Position numbers and translations under genes: made by a program. The notes under the pieces were generated by a model. The model was not told where the DNA came from, made no database searches, and was given only the letters and a program-made list of their open reading frames with translations. Below, in pieces: positions 1 through 9,522 of a DNA stretch of 64,000 bases (position 1 is the stretch's first letter; each line of letters begins with the position of its first letter). Source of the stretch: Ignavibacteriales bacterium. Lineage in GTDB: Bacteria > Bacteroidota > Ignavibacteria > UBA10030 > F1-140-MAGs086. Location of the stretch: NCBI GenBank assembly GCA_018335975.1, contig JAGXRH010000024.1:30738-94737 (forward strand). The letters run 5' to 3'.

Positions 1-99
1 AGTTGAGCACCCTATTTTCGCAGAAGCAAGCGATGCCTCAATTCCGGCATGACCACCGCCAATTACAATTATATCGTATTTATTTTTTGTTTGTTTCAC
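1..99 (-). CDS. mnmG: tRNA U34 modification enzyme MnmG (GidA), N-terminal part only; runs off window
   Basis: Manual translation from GTG at 99: [33 protein letters not shown], the MnmG FAD-binding N-terminus; directly downstream of mnmE. Confidence 0.9.
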   Translation of the reverse strand, partial: MKQTKNKYDIIVIGGGHAGIEASLASAKIGCST

Positions 100-107
100 G
101 TGAAACT
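92..107. promoter_or_regulatory. parS centromere-like site (ParB binding)
   Basis: TGTTTCACGTGAAACT, 15/16 match to the parS consensus TGTTTCACGTGAAACA; at the mnmE/mnmG junction. Confidence 0.85.
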
Positions 108-1479
108 ATTTTCCTATGCAAAATTTTGAAAAAATGTTATTGAGAATTTCCTCGGAAGTTACCTCTCCGGTAATTTCCCCAATGTTGTTCAACGCTGAAC
201 GAATATCAATTGTAAGTAATTCAGAAGTTTGGTTTTTGGTCAGAGTTGAATGTGCATTTTGTAAATTGTTCAATGCTTTTTCCATTGAGTTTTTATGACG
301 GACATTGGTTATCGTTATTGAATCGGATGAATCGCTTTTCCGAATAATAGTCTTTGAAAGGATTCGTTGTTCGAGTTCTTTTATTCCAATTTTATGCTTT
401 GCGGAAATGAAGATTGAATTTTCATTTTCTATGTTGGGTTTTATTTTTTCTATTTTCACTTTATCTACCAAATCAATTTTATTGAATACTAATAACTTAT
501 TTTTATTAAACTCAATTAACTCTGAATAAGATTCGTTCGAAGAATCCGTAACATCTATTAATTCAATAATAACATCGGCTTGTTCGATTTGTTCATAACT
601 CCTCCTCACACCTTCTGCTTCAATTTCATCTTTTGTTTCACGAATTCCTGCAGTATCTATGAATCGAAACGTAATTCCATCAATTGTTAATTCGTCTTCA
701 ATTACATCGCGTGTAGTTCCGGGAATATCCGTAACAATTGAACGATTTTCTTGGAGCAAGGCATTTAACAAACTTGACTTGCCAACATTCGGTTTTCCGG
801 TAATTACTATTCTGATTCCTTCGCGATAAAACCTGCCAACTGAAAAAGAATTTAATAGCTCTTCAATTTCTGAAATTGTCACAGATAGTTCTTGCTCCAG
901 TCTATTTCGGTTGGCAAATTGATATCCTTCTTCAACAAAATCAAGTTCAAGTTCCAACAAACCGCAAAGATCGAGAAGTTTTTCTCTTATTTTCTTTAAT
1001 ATTGAAGATAATTCACCTTTTATTTGTGATACGGAACTTTGATGCGCTAACTCCGAACGAGAATGAATCAAATCCGAAACAGCTTCCGCTTGCGATAAAT
1101 CAATTCGTCCATTCAAAAAAGCACGTTTTGTAAATTCACCTGGCTCAGCCAATCTTGCTCCAGTCGCAATTAACGCTTGTAATATTTTTTTCGTTACAAA
1201 TGCTCCACCATGACAAGAAAACTCTACAATGTTTTCCGTGGTGTATGATTTGGGAGCAAGAAAAAGTGTTGCCACTACTTCGTCAATCACATTTCCCCCG
1301 TCATCAACAAAATATCCGAAATGTGCTGTTTGTGTTTTGGCAGAAGAAAGATTTCCTTTTCCGCGAAAACATATATCGGCAATTTCAAGAGAGTGTCTCC
1401 CCGACAAACGTATCACCGACAATCCTCCTTCTCCAAGAGGAGTCGCTATTGCTACAATAGTATCGTCAAGTATGTTCAT
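106..1479 (-). CDS. mnmE: tRNA modification GTPase MnmE (TrmE)
   Basis: DTIVAIATP start, GKPNVGKSS P-loop, GTTRD, DTAG, NKID, C-terminal FSKFCIGK. Confidence 0.98.
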   Translation of the reverse strand: MNILDDTIVAIATPLGEGGLSVIRLSGRHSLEIADICFRGKGNLSSAKTQTAHFGYFVDDGGNVIDEVVATLFLAPKSYTTENIVEFSCHGGAFVTKKILQALIATGARLAEPGEFTKRAFLNGRIDLSQAEAVSDLIHSRSELAHQSSVSQIKGELSSILKKIREKLLDLCGLLELELDFVEEGYQFANRNRLEQELSVTISEIEELLNSFSVGRFYREGIRIVITGKPNVGKSSLLNALLQENRSIVTDIPGTTRDVIEDELTIDGITFRFIDTAGIRETKDEIEAEGVRRSYEQIEQADVIIELIDVTDSSNESYSELIEFNKNKLLVFNKIDLVDKVKIEKIKPNIENENSIFISAKHKIGIKELEQRILSKTIIRKSDSSDSITITNVRHKNSMEKALNNLQNAHSTLTKNQTSELLTIDIRSALNNIGEITGEVTSEEILNNIFSKFCIGK

Positions 1480-1554
1480 AAAGATTAAATAGAACTAAAT
1501 ATAAACAATGTGTTTTCTCTTGAAAAGCAAATTACCTTTTCGTAATTTTTGCCA

Positions 1555-2430
1555 ATGTTAACGCTAATAGAATATTGCGGGTTTGAGCTTCTTTACGGAA
1601 TTGTAAATTTGTTACCAATGGATTGGCTTTCCGGAGCAGGAAAATTTTTAGGGCGCGTTTATTATTTCCTCTCGTCATCACGCAGAGAAATAGCAGTGCA
1701 AAATTTACTTTCAGCGTTTCCCGAAAAAGGTACCGAAGAAATAAACGCAATTACAAAAAAAGTATTTGAAAACGTGGGAATAACGTTCACAGAATTTTTG
1801 TGGACAAAAAATTTTTCGCGAGAGAAAATATCGAAAATAGTTGAACTTGAAAATGTTGCCGAACTCCAGATTCTTGTTGAACAAAACCAAGGCGCTGTAT
1901 TTGTTTCGGGACATTTAGGGAATTGGGAATTAACGGCTATTGCAATCGGAGTACATTTGAACACTTCGTTGTGCGCAATTGTAAAAACGCAACACAACAT
2001 CCGAGTTGACAAAAAAATAAGTGAACTACGATGTTACTTTGGTAATCGTGCAGTTTCGATGGAGCGCGCGATAAGAGAATCAATAAGCGAATTGCAAAAC
2101 GGAGGCATCGTTGCCCTTCTCTCTGACCAAAGCGCGCCGAAAGAAAGTGTGTATGTAAATTTTTTTGGCAGGAATGTTGCAACGTTTCAAGGACCTACCG
2201 CATTTGCTTTGAAAACCAAAAAACCATTGATTGCTGTTTATGGTCTCCGAAACGAAAGCGGAGATTATAAAATATCGTGGGAAAAAATTGGCTTCGACGA
2301 TTTATCGAATTACAACAATGACAACATAGCAACGCTAACGCAGCGACAAACGGATTTACTGGAACAAGTAATTCGCAAACATCCTGAGCAGTGGCTTTGG
2401 TTGCATCGAAGGTGGAAACACGTGCAATGA
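1555..2430 (+). CDS. Lipid A late acyltransferase (LpxL/HtrB family)
   Basis: HLGNWE motif, DQ motif, PEQWLWLHRRWK C-terminus; ATG 1555 preferred over TTG 1549. Confidence 0.9.
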   Translation: MLTLIEYCGFELLYGIVNLLPMDWLSGAGKFLGRVYYFLSSSRREIAVQNLLSAFPEKGTEEINAITKKVFENVGITFTEFLWTKNFSREKISKIVELENVAELQILVEQNQGAVFVSGHLGNWELTAIAIGVHLNTSLCAIVKTQHNIRVDKKISELRCYFGNRAVSMERAIRESISELQNGGIVALLSDQSAPKESVYVNFFGRNVATFQGPTAFALKTKKPLIAVYGLRNESGDYKISWEKIGFDDLSNYNNDNIATLTQRQTDLLEQVIRKHPEQWLWLHRRWKHVQ

Positions 2431-3464
2431 AAATTGTAGTAATACAAACGGCATTTCCCGGCGATGTTATTTTAACGCTTCCTTTAATTCAAGAAGCCAA
2501 AAAATATTTCGGAGAAACGTTCATTGATGTTGTTGTAATTCCTTCGTGCGCAAATATTTTGAACAACCACCCGGATGGCGCTGAAATAATTACATACGAT
2601 AAGAAATCAGGAGATGCGGGAATCGTTGGCTTTCTTCGTTTGGTTTCGCGCTTACGGAAAAAAAATTACGATGTCGCTTTGATCCCTCATCGTTCGTTGA
2701 GAAGCGCGATGCTTGCATATTTTTCTTTTATTCCAAAAAGAATCGGGTTTGACACGAGTGGGGGGAAATCACTTTACACAAACGTCATTAAGTACGACCG
2801 AACCATTCACGAGGTTGAAAGGAATTTGCAACTTCTTTCTCCGTTTGGGTATCAGCATCAAAAAAAGATTTTTCCTTCTCTTTATCCGACGGATAATGAT
2901 AGACAAATAGTTGACGTTTTCATTTCAGAAAATAAATTTTCTTCCGACAGAAAAATAATTTCTTTTGCGCCCGGAAGCGTTTGGAATACAAAGCGTTGGC
3001 TGAAAGAGCATTTCGTTGTTCTTGCAAAAAAAATAACAGAAGAAAACATTTCGATAGTTTTAATTGGAGGGAAAAATGATGAGCATCTTTGTGAAGAAAT
3101 TCAATTATCCGTTTCTTCAAAAAATATTTTCAACACGGCGGGGAAATTTTCTCTCCTTCAATCTTCAGAAATAATTCATCGCAGTCAATTACTCTTGTGC
3201 AACGACAGCGCACCAATGCATCTCGCTGTCGCAACGAAAACGCCGGTTGTTTCAATATGGGGGGCGACGGTTCCGGAATTTGGTTTCGCTCCGTACGGAG
3301 AGAACGATGTTATTATTCAAACGAAAGGATTATCGTGTCGCCCCTGTGGAATTCATGGAGGGAACATTTGCCCGATTGGAACTTTCGATTGTTTGGAGAA
3401 AATTTCTGTAGAAGAAGTTTATGCGGCGATTCGTCGCGTGTTATTACGATTTCCCCATCAATAA
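2427..3464 (+). CDS. GT9 LPS heptosyltransferase (WaaF/RfaF-like)
   Basis: QTAFPGDVILT, KRW, NDSAPMHLA, CRPC motifs; ATGA overlap with upstream stop. Confidence 0.9.
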   Translation: MKIVVIQTAFPGDVILTLPLIQEAKKYFGETFIDVVVIPSCANILNNHPDGAEIITYDKKSGDAGIVGFLRLVSRLRKKNYDVALIPHRSLRSAMLAYFSFIPKRIGFDTSGGKSLYTNVIKYDRTIHEVERNLQLLSPFGYQHQKKIFPSLYPTDNDRQIVDVFISENKFSSDRKIISFAPGSVWNTKRWLKEHFVVLAKKITEENISIVLIGGKNDEHLCEEIQLSVSSKNIFNTAGKFSLLQSSEIIHRSQLLLCNDSAPMHLAVATKTPVVSIWGATVPEFGFAPYGENDVIIQTKGLSCRPCGIHGGNICPIGTFDCLEKISVEEVYAAIRRVLLRFPHQ

Positions 3465-3488
3465 TATTTGCTTGCGGCAAAAAATGTC

Positions 3489-5282
3489 TCAATTCTTCCC
3501 TGCATTTTTCATTCCCGCAAGCGCGACTTTTGAAATCGTATTTTCTCTTTCTCCGATTTGCTGTCTCCACATTGCGTAATACAATCCTTTTTGTTCGAGA
3601 AGTTCGTTATGTTTTCCATTTTCTATAATATTTCCTTTTTCCAAAACAAAAATATTATCCGCATGCATAATCGTGGAAAGACGATGCGCTATGAGAATGG
3701 TAATTACATCGTTCACTTTGGAAACATCGCGAATCGTTTCGGAAATTTCTTCTTCGGTGAGTGAATCGAGCGAGGATGTTGCTTCATCGAATACGAGTAA
3801 ATTTGGTTTTCGCAGTAACGCGCGTGCAATTGATAATCGTTGTTTTTCGCCGCCGGAAACTTTTACTCCTCCTTCGCCAATCACCGTATCCAAACCTTTA
3901 TCAGCACGTGCAAGCAAACTTTGGCACGCTGATTTGTTCAATACTTCCAAACATTCTTTATCGCTTGCGTTTGGATTGACGAATAATAAATTTTCGCGAA
4001 TTGTTCCGGAAAACAATTGCGTGTCCTGTGTAACAAAACCAATTCTCTCGCGTAACGAATCTAAATCCACGCTCGTGCTTTCAACTTCATTGTATAAAAT
4101 CTTTCCTGCCTGCGTTTGATATAATCCCACCAGCAATTTCACGAGCGTTGTTTTCCCCGAACCCGATGGACCAACAAATGCAATCGTTTCTCCACGCGCA
4201 ACGGAAAATGAAATTTCTTCCAACGCTTTCGTTGTTGCGCTTTGATGTTTGAACGAAACATTTTCAAATGCAAGCGTTTGTATTTCACCAATAGCGACGG
4301 GAGAAATCGGTTTTAATTCTTTCGGTGTGTTCATAATGTCTTCAAAATTTTTGAGCGAGACTTCCGCTTCGCGGTAAACATTGATGACGTTTCCTAATTC
4401 CTGCATCGGACCAAAAATGAAAAACGAATAAATCCACAGCGAGAAAAATTGTCCAAACGTAATTTCGCGGGAGAAAATGAGATACAGCATTACGAACAAA
4501 ATACTCGTGCGTAAAAAATTTACCATCGTTCCCTGAATAAAACTGAGCGAGCGAATGTATTTTACTTTCTTTAATTCGAGAAGTAAAATTTTTCCTGTCG
4601 TTGCATTAAGCCGCGTAATTTCCTGCTGTGCGAGTCCTAAACTTTTTACTAACTCAATGTTGCGAAGTGATTCCGTTGTTGAGCCGGCAAGTGCTGTTGT
4701 TTCCGCAACAATAATTTTTTGCACTTTCTTTATTTTTTTACTTAACACGGAACTGAGTCCGCCGATTATCGGAATCGTTCCAAAATAAATCGGCGCAACG
4801 AGCCAATGAATATTCATTGCGTACACCGTTACAAAGACAACACCAACTACGGTTGTAAACAGTAAATTGATAAATATGGAAATGAGTTTTTCAACATCGG
4901 TGCGGACTTTCTGCAATTTGCCGAGTGTTTCACCGCTGCGTTGATCTTCAAATACTGAATACGGAAGTTCGAGTGAATGTTTCAAACCGTCAGCGTACAT
5001 CTGCGCGCCGAGTTTTTGCGTAATATTATTGATGTAGTAATCCTGAAAATTTTTTGCAACACGCGAAACGAATGCAACGCCAACCGCGGCAAGGAGTAAC
5101 ATTCCCACTCCCTCGAAAAATTCTGATTTCGTGAATTTATCGAAGTGCGAAACATAATCATCAATCACGTACTTAAAAATGAGTGGATCCAGAAGTGAAA
5201 ATGTTTGATTCACTGCGGCAAGAAATAGCGCGAGTGTTACAAGTTTCCAGTATTGTTTGAGATAGGGGAAAAGGATTTTCAT
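3489..5282 (-). CDS. ABC exporter, fused TMD + NBD (MsbA/MdlB-like)
   Basis: N-terminal TM helices, GPSGSGKT, VSGGEKQR, FDEATS, IAHRL. Confidence 0.93.
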   Translation of the reverse strand: MKILFPYLKQYWKLVTLALFLAAVNQTFSLLDPLIFKYVIDDYVSHFDKFTKSEFFEGVGMLLLAAVGVAFVSRVAKNFQDYYINNITQKLGAQMYADGLKHSLELPYSVFEDQRSGETLGKLQKVRTDVEKLISIFINLLFTTVVGVVFVTVYAMNIHWLVAPIYFGTIPIIGGLSSVLSKKIKKVQKIIVAETTALAGSTTESLRNIELVKSLGLAQQEITRLNATTGKILLLELKKVKYIRSLSFIQGTMVNFLRTSILFVMLYLIFSREITFGQFFSLWIYSFFIFGPMQELGNVINVYREAEVSLKNFEDIMNTPKELKPISPVAIGEIQTLAFENVSFKHQSATTKALEEISFSVARGETIAFVGPSGSGKTTLVKLLVGLYQTQAGKILYNEVESTSVDLDSLRERIGFVTQDTQLFSGTIRENLLFVNPNASDKECLEVLNKSACQSLLARADKGLDTVIGEGGVKVSGGEKQRLSIARALLRKPNLLVFDEATSSLDSLTEEEISETIRDVSKVNDVITILIAHRLSTIMHADNIFVLEKGNIIENGKHNELLEQKGLYYAMWRQQIGERENTISKVALAGMKNAGKN

Positions 5283-5339
5283 TCAACGTAAAAATTTTTT
5301 GGGCAACAATATAAACTCTTTCTGTTCAATTATATATTC

Positions 5340-5419
5340 ACCACGGATGACGCGGATGAAACACGAATGTACGCTGACAATTCGTGAATATCTGTGCAGT
5401 ATCAGCGTTATTCGCGGTT
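5340..5419. repeat. ~80-bp imperfect palindrome of 9-11-nt units (family A, copy 1)
   Basis: ACCACGGATGACGCGGATGAAACACGAAT...ATCAGCGTTATTCGCGGT; related copies at 14552, 26476 and a half copy at 27077. Confidence 0.8.
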
Positions 5420-5428
5420 AGTTTCAAA

Positions 5429-6607
5429 TCATCCCTTCACACAAATCACTTGCTTTAACGTTGTAACCACTTCCACCAAATCATTTTGGTTTTCGATTAC
5501 TTCGTCAATGTTTTTATACGCTTGCGGAATTTCATCGAGCACACCTTTGTCTTTGCGGCACTCAACGCCTTTTGTTTGTTCGAGCAAATCGTGTTCGGTA
5601 AATGTTGCGCGCGCTTTTGTTCGGGACATTCTTCTTCCCGCGCCGTGACTTGCTGAACAAAACGAATCGGGATTTCCCAAACCTTTCACGATGTACGATT
5701 TCGTTCCCATCGAACCGGGAATAATTCCATCATCGCCTTTCATCGCGCGAATCGCTCCTTTGCGCGTTACCCAAACTTCGTGTCCGAAATGATTTTCCAG
5801 CGCTACATAATTATGATGACAATTTACCATTCGCACGATTTCAAATTGCTCTGCATTGTTCAATTCATAACGAACATCTTTTATTGCAAGTTGCAACATA
5901 ATGTTTCTGTTTTCCAACGCATACGATTGCGCCCACAGTACATCATGAAAATATTGTTTGCACTCTTCCGTTTCAATCGGTAAATACGAAAGGTCACGAT
6001 GCGGAACTTCGATATGATATTTCTTCAACAAATTTTCCGCGACTTCAATATGCACATCCGCTAATTCTTTGCCGATGTTTCTGCTTCCGCTGTGAAGAAG
6101 AATCCAAACGTTTTCATCTTTATCCAAACAAATTTCAATGAAATGATTTCCGCCGCCGAGTGTTCCGAGTTGATGTTGCGCTTTGCCGAGAAGTTTGTGA
6201 ACGCCGCGATGTAAATTTTGAAAATCATTCCAGCCATTCCATTGCAGTGATTGCTCCGTTGGTTTTCTGTGCTGACTAAATCCCACGGGAATCGAACGCT
6301 CAATCGAGTGACGAAGTTTTGCAAGTTTTCCTTCAAGTCGTTCCGCCTTAAATGGAGTTTGCACCGCCGCCATTCCGCAACCAATATCAACGCCAACAGC
6401 GGCGGGAATAATCGTGTTCTTCGATGCGTACACCGTTCCAATCGTTGAGCCCTTTCCCGCGTGAACATCCGGCATCACCGCGATATGTTTAAATACAAAC
6501 GGAAGTGAAGCAAGTTGCAAAAGTTGTTGTTCTGCTTCTTGCTCAACATCATCCGTCCAGATTTTTACGGGAAATCTTCCTTGCGTGAGAATTTTTTTGA
6601 TTGGCAC
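5429..6607 (-). CDS. rtcB: RNA ligase RtcB
   Basis: MPDVHAGKG, GVDIGCG, LGTLGGGNHFIE, HSGSR, HHNY, HGAGR, DEIPQAYK. Confidence 0.96.
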   Translation of the reverse strand: MPIKKILTQGRFPVKIWTDDVEQEAEQQLLQLASLPFVFKHIAVMPDVHAGKGSTIGTVYASKNTIIPAAVGVDIGCGMAAVQTPFKAERLEGKLAKLRHSIERSIPVGFSQHRKPTEQSLQWNGWNDFQNLHRGVHKLLGKAQHQLGTLGGGNHFIEICLDKDENVWILLHSGSRNIGKELADVHIEVAENLLKKYHIEVPHRDLSYLPIETEECKQYFHDVLWAQSYALENRNIMLQLAIKDVRYELNNAEQFEIVRMVNCHHNYVALENHFGHEVWVTRKGAIRAMKGDDGIIPGSMGTKSYIVKGLGNPDSFCSASHGAGRRMSRTKARATFTEHDLLEQTKGVECRKDKGVLDEIPQAYKNIDEVIENQNDLVEVVTTLKQVICVKG

Positions 6608-6654
6608 AGATTTAAATGAAGAATGAAAAATTAGGAATTAAGAATAGCGCTCTC

Positions 6655-7416
6655 TTATTTTTTATTACTCATTTTTTTCAGTAACGTTCGTTTTTTCTTT
6701 CCCATAATTGCGCCGTGAATCGCCATTGCCGGTCCAATCAGCGCGTACGTAATTCCCGAAAGAAACGATGCTAAATTTGTGCGACCAATCGCGGCGATAA
6801 GCAACGAAAGCATTCCGATACAAATGAGAATAATATACGATTGAATACTACCTTTTGTGAGAAGAATTTCGAGTTCGTTTAATTCCAACTCCCCACGTCT
6901 CTTGTACGCGTGACGGTAGAGAAAGAAAAACACTGTGAACACCGCGACAAATCCAATGCCGTACACTATCATCAATGTTACATTTTGCCCTACGCCAACC
7001 ATCCGGACAATAGAACCATCTTCCAAATGCGTAACAGGATTTCCTCCGCTGTAAATGATAACAAGCCACGTGAATAAAAATTTCAACGGATAAACATAAA
7101 AGAGAACGACAAATAACATCGCTGCTGTTAACCACGCCGTTGTTGAATTTTCCAATCCGTAGCGGCGGCAAAAGGTGTAATGATTAAACCACACCCAAAA
7201 AAGCATTGCAAAACTTATGGCAAACGCAGCAAAGCCGTGCATTTTTTCCAGCAGTTCGTTAAAAGTTGTCGGAACTTCGAGCGAGATAATAAGGAGCGTT
7301 ACAGCAAATGCTAATACTGCATCACTGAATCCTTCAATGCGGGATATTTCCGTACTGCGCAAACGAAATGAAGTATCTGCGCTGATTTTTTTTTCAGAGT
7401 GAGGTTGATGGGACAT
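6655..7416 (-). CDS. TMEM175-family (DUF1211) potassium channel
   Basis: RIEGFSDAVLAFAVTLL (RxxxFSD) motif, six hydrophobic helices. Confidence 0.88.
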   Translation of the reverse strand: MSHQPHSEKKISADTSFRLRSTEISRIEGFSDAVLAFAVTLLIISLEVPTTFNELLEKMHGFAAFAISFAMLFWVWFNHYTFCRRYGLENSTTAWLTAAMLFVVLFYVYPLKFLFTWLVIIYSGGNPVTHLEDGSIVRMVGVGQNVTLMIVYGIGFVAVFTVFFFLYRHAYKRRGELELNELEILLTKGSIQSYIILICIGMLSLLIAAIGRTNLASFLSGITYALIGPAMAIHGAIMGKKKRTLLKKMSNKK

Positions 7417-7430
7417 TGGTTATTGTACTA

Positions 7431-7685
7431 TTAACGATAAATATCTTTTCTATCTCCGACATTGCGGATGAGGATTGATTGTTCCTTGTCGTCAATTTCA
7501 TATATCACTCGGTAATCGCCAACACGAATGCGCCAGCCATCTCGTCCTTTGAGTTTAAGACAACCGATTGGTCTTGGGTTTTCTGCGAGTAACCGAATTT
7601 CATCGCGAATACGTTCGTACATATCCGCTGGCAATTGTGATAATTCTTTTTGTGCCGTGCGCTGAATAGAGATTGTATAACTCAC
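7431..7685 (-). CDS. RelE/ParE-family type II toxin
   Basis: 84 aa, NPRPIGCLKLKG, WRIRVGDYRVIYEIDD. Confidence 0.92.
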   Translation of the reverse strand: MSYTISIQRTAQKELSQLPADMYERIRDEIRLLAENPRPIGCLKLKGRDGWRIRVGDYRVIYEIDDKEQSILIRNVGDRKDIYR

Positions 7686-7885
7686 GCGCGACTTTTTTCT
7701 ATTTCAGAAATTGCTTGTTCGAATGGAATGATTTCGTCGCCGGAATTTTTTGCAGCATCGTACGCGCGAAGCGAATCTAATTCTTCCAACTCTTCGAGAA
7801 GTTGGTGATACTCGGAAATTTCTAACATTACATTTGTGCGATTCCCTTGTTTGTCAATTACATATTTTTCTTTGAGTGTAACCAT
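7682..7885 (-). CDS. Cognate antitoxin, 67 aa
   Basis: Acidic MVTLKEKYVIDKQG...EELEELDSLRAYDAAK; 4-nt overlap with toxin start; start revised to ATG 7885. Confidence 0.8.
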   Translation of the reverse strand: MVTLKEKYVIDKQGNRTNVMLEISEYHQLLEELEELDSLRAYDAAKNSGDEIIPFEQAISEIEKSRA

Positions 7886-7895
7886 AATTTTTGTG

Positions 7896-8084
7896 TTAAT
7901 TAGTTTTCCATTGTTGAACTTTATCGAGCAATTCTTCTGTTGAGATGGTTTTTCCCTCGTTGGCATCTTTAAGTCCATCCACTACTTGACCAACAAAGTA
8001 TATTTCATACATAATGTCGTCAACAGAACAGCCATCGGGTAAATTTTTTATTGTGGCGATTGTTGTTTCTTTGAGTATGTCCAT
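7896..8084 (-). CDS. Small antitoxin-like protein without a toxin of its own
   Basis: 62 aa; IKNLPD..SVDDIMYEIY...GLKDANEGKTISTEE resembles antitoxins found upstream of ParE toxins. Confidence 0.6.
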   Translation of the reverse strand: MDILKETTIATIKNLPDGCSVDDIMYEIYFVGQVVDGLKDANEGKTISTEELLDKVQQWKTN

Positions 8085-8093
8085 TGTGGTTTA

Positions 8094-8204
8094 TTATTTT
8101 GAAGAATTGAATTCGACTAATTTTTTCCAGTTGATTTTTCCATCGGGAGTACAAAAATCTTTTCCGAATTCCGTCGTAAATTTATCTATCATTTGAGAAT
8201 AGGA
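8094..8204 (-). pseudogene. C-terminal remnant of a type II restriction endonuclease (PmeII/EcoO109I-like)
   Basis: Manual translation SYSQMIDKFTTEFGKDFCTPDGKINWKKLVEFNSSK-stop; preceded by in-frame stops, no N-terminal part. Confidence 0.6.
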
Positions 8205-8210
8205 TTATTA

Positions 8211-8474
8211 TCATTGAAGATAAATTATTCCAGTTCCTTTACAATCTGGACAAGCGATTTCTTTAACCTCGTTAATACATTTGAAAGAAGCAAACCATTC
8301 GCCATCTTCCCACCTAAACATTGGCTCTTTCAAACGTTTTGGTTCTTTGATGCCAAAGAGTTTAGCAAACTTTTTTAATGCTTCATCTTCTGATTTAGCA
8401 TTGATAATTTGAAATGCATAATCTTTCTGCTCGTAATATCGGAGTATATATTGAACATGGAAATATTTTTTCAT
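8211..8474 (-). CDS. Hypothetical protein, 87 aa, C-terminal CPDCKGTG
   Basis: ATG ORF packed in the minus-strand run. Confidence 0.55.
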   Translation of the reverse strand: MKKYFHVQYILRYYEQKDYAFQIINAKSEDEALKKFAKLFGIKEPKRLKEPMFRWEDGEWFASFKCINEVKEIACPDCKGTGIIYLQ

Positions 8475-8484
8475 TGTTCTTCTA

Positions 8485-9522
8485 CTATGTATTTATCAAT
8501 TCACTTAGTCTTTTACTTCTGTTAATCTTGTATTTGCCCTCTGCGTCAAAAACCGTTTGGTTCAAGTATTTTGAAACGTTTTTTATTGTTTGCCCAAGAG
8601 AATTTATTTGCTCAAAATTTCCAGCAATTTTCAATTCAGACAACAACTTCCATCTCTCAAGTATGTTTGTAAATCTATCTTTATCAATTTCTAAGTTTCG
8701 ATAGTCATTAATAAAGTTATATTCATCTAAAAATTCGGATGTAGCGATTGAATTAATAATGTCTAAAATTTGTTGCGTTGTATTTGTATCGTCAGACAAA
8801 AAATTCCATAGCTCATCTGCAAGCAATACTTCTTCAGGAGCAAAATATTTTGTAAAATCGATTCCGTGCTCCATGAATGCGTCTTTATTATATTCGGTTG
8901 GGCTATCGCTTAAAGGATCGAAAGGAAAACCCAAATAATACTTTATCTGTTTATTAGGAAAAGCATTTTTCAAAGCAGCTTTAGCAGATAAAATTTTCTC
9001 CTTTTCAACCTTGAAAACGCCGCTATTGGGTTCTACAGTTTTTAATTCAATTGCTACAATTGACGCTGAATCTTCATAAAAATTATCCACAGTAAAATCG
9101 GATACTGGTTTCATTCTTGTTTTGCCTTTACTAAATATAAGCCGATTTTCAGCAATCAAATTTGGTTTTCTATTATCATTTTTCAAAGCAGTAATTATAT
9201 CAGCAATTATTGTTTGTTGGCTTTGAGAAATTTTCAAATCGTTGAAAATTCTCTTTTCACTGTCGGATAAGATGTGGGCAACATTTTCAAAAAATGATTG
9301 CCCAAGGGTTGTATTTAGGCCATGCATCCAACTACTTAAACTAATCAATACTTGAATTGATTCTACGTGCCCATCTAATTTATCAGCAAATGCCGATAAA
9401 AATGCTTCGTGAAAAGGCGCATTTCTATTATCAGTAAAGTCTTGTGGAAATTTTTCAAATCTCGATTTTAGAGTTCTTATAACTTCTAATGAAATTAGTT
9501 CTTGTTTTTCTATTTCTATCAT
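8485..9522 (-). CDS. Type II restriction endonuclease, TdeIII/MjaII-like
   Basis: RNAPFHEAFL, GLNTTLGQSFFE, VD...IELKTVEPNSG (PD-(D/E)xK); overlaps MTase stop. Confidence 0.82.
   Translation of the reverse strand: MIEIEKQELISLEVIRTLKSRFEKFPQDFTDNRNAPFHEAFLSAFADKLDGHVESIQVLISLSSWMHGLNTTLGQSFFENVAHILSDSEKRIFNDLKISQSQQTIIADIITALKNDNRKPNLIAENRLIFSKGKTRMKPVSDFTVDNFYEDSASIVAIELKTVEPNSGVFKVEKEKILSAKAALKNAFPNKQIKYYLGFPFDPLSDSPTEYNKDAFMEHGIDFTKYFAPEEVLLADELWNFLSDDTNTTQQILDIINSIATSEFLDEYNFINDYRNLEIDKDRFTNILERWKLLSELKIAGNFEQINSLGQTIKNVSKYLNQTVFDAEGKYKINRSKRLSELINT

Noticed and set aside
7886..7978. N-terminal extension of the 98-aa ORF
   Set aside because: Overlaps the 62-aa gene; the antitoxin-like sequence begins at ATG 7885
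9083..9091. DnaA box TTATCCACA
   Set aside because: Single copy inside a coding region, no cluster; expected by chance in AT-rich DNA
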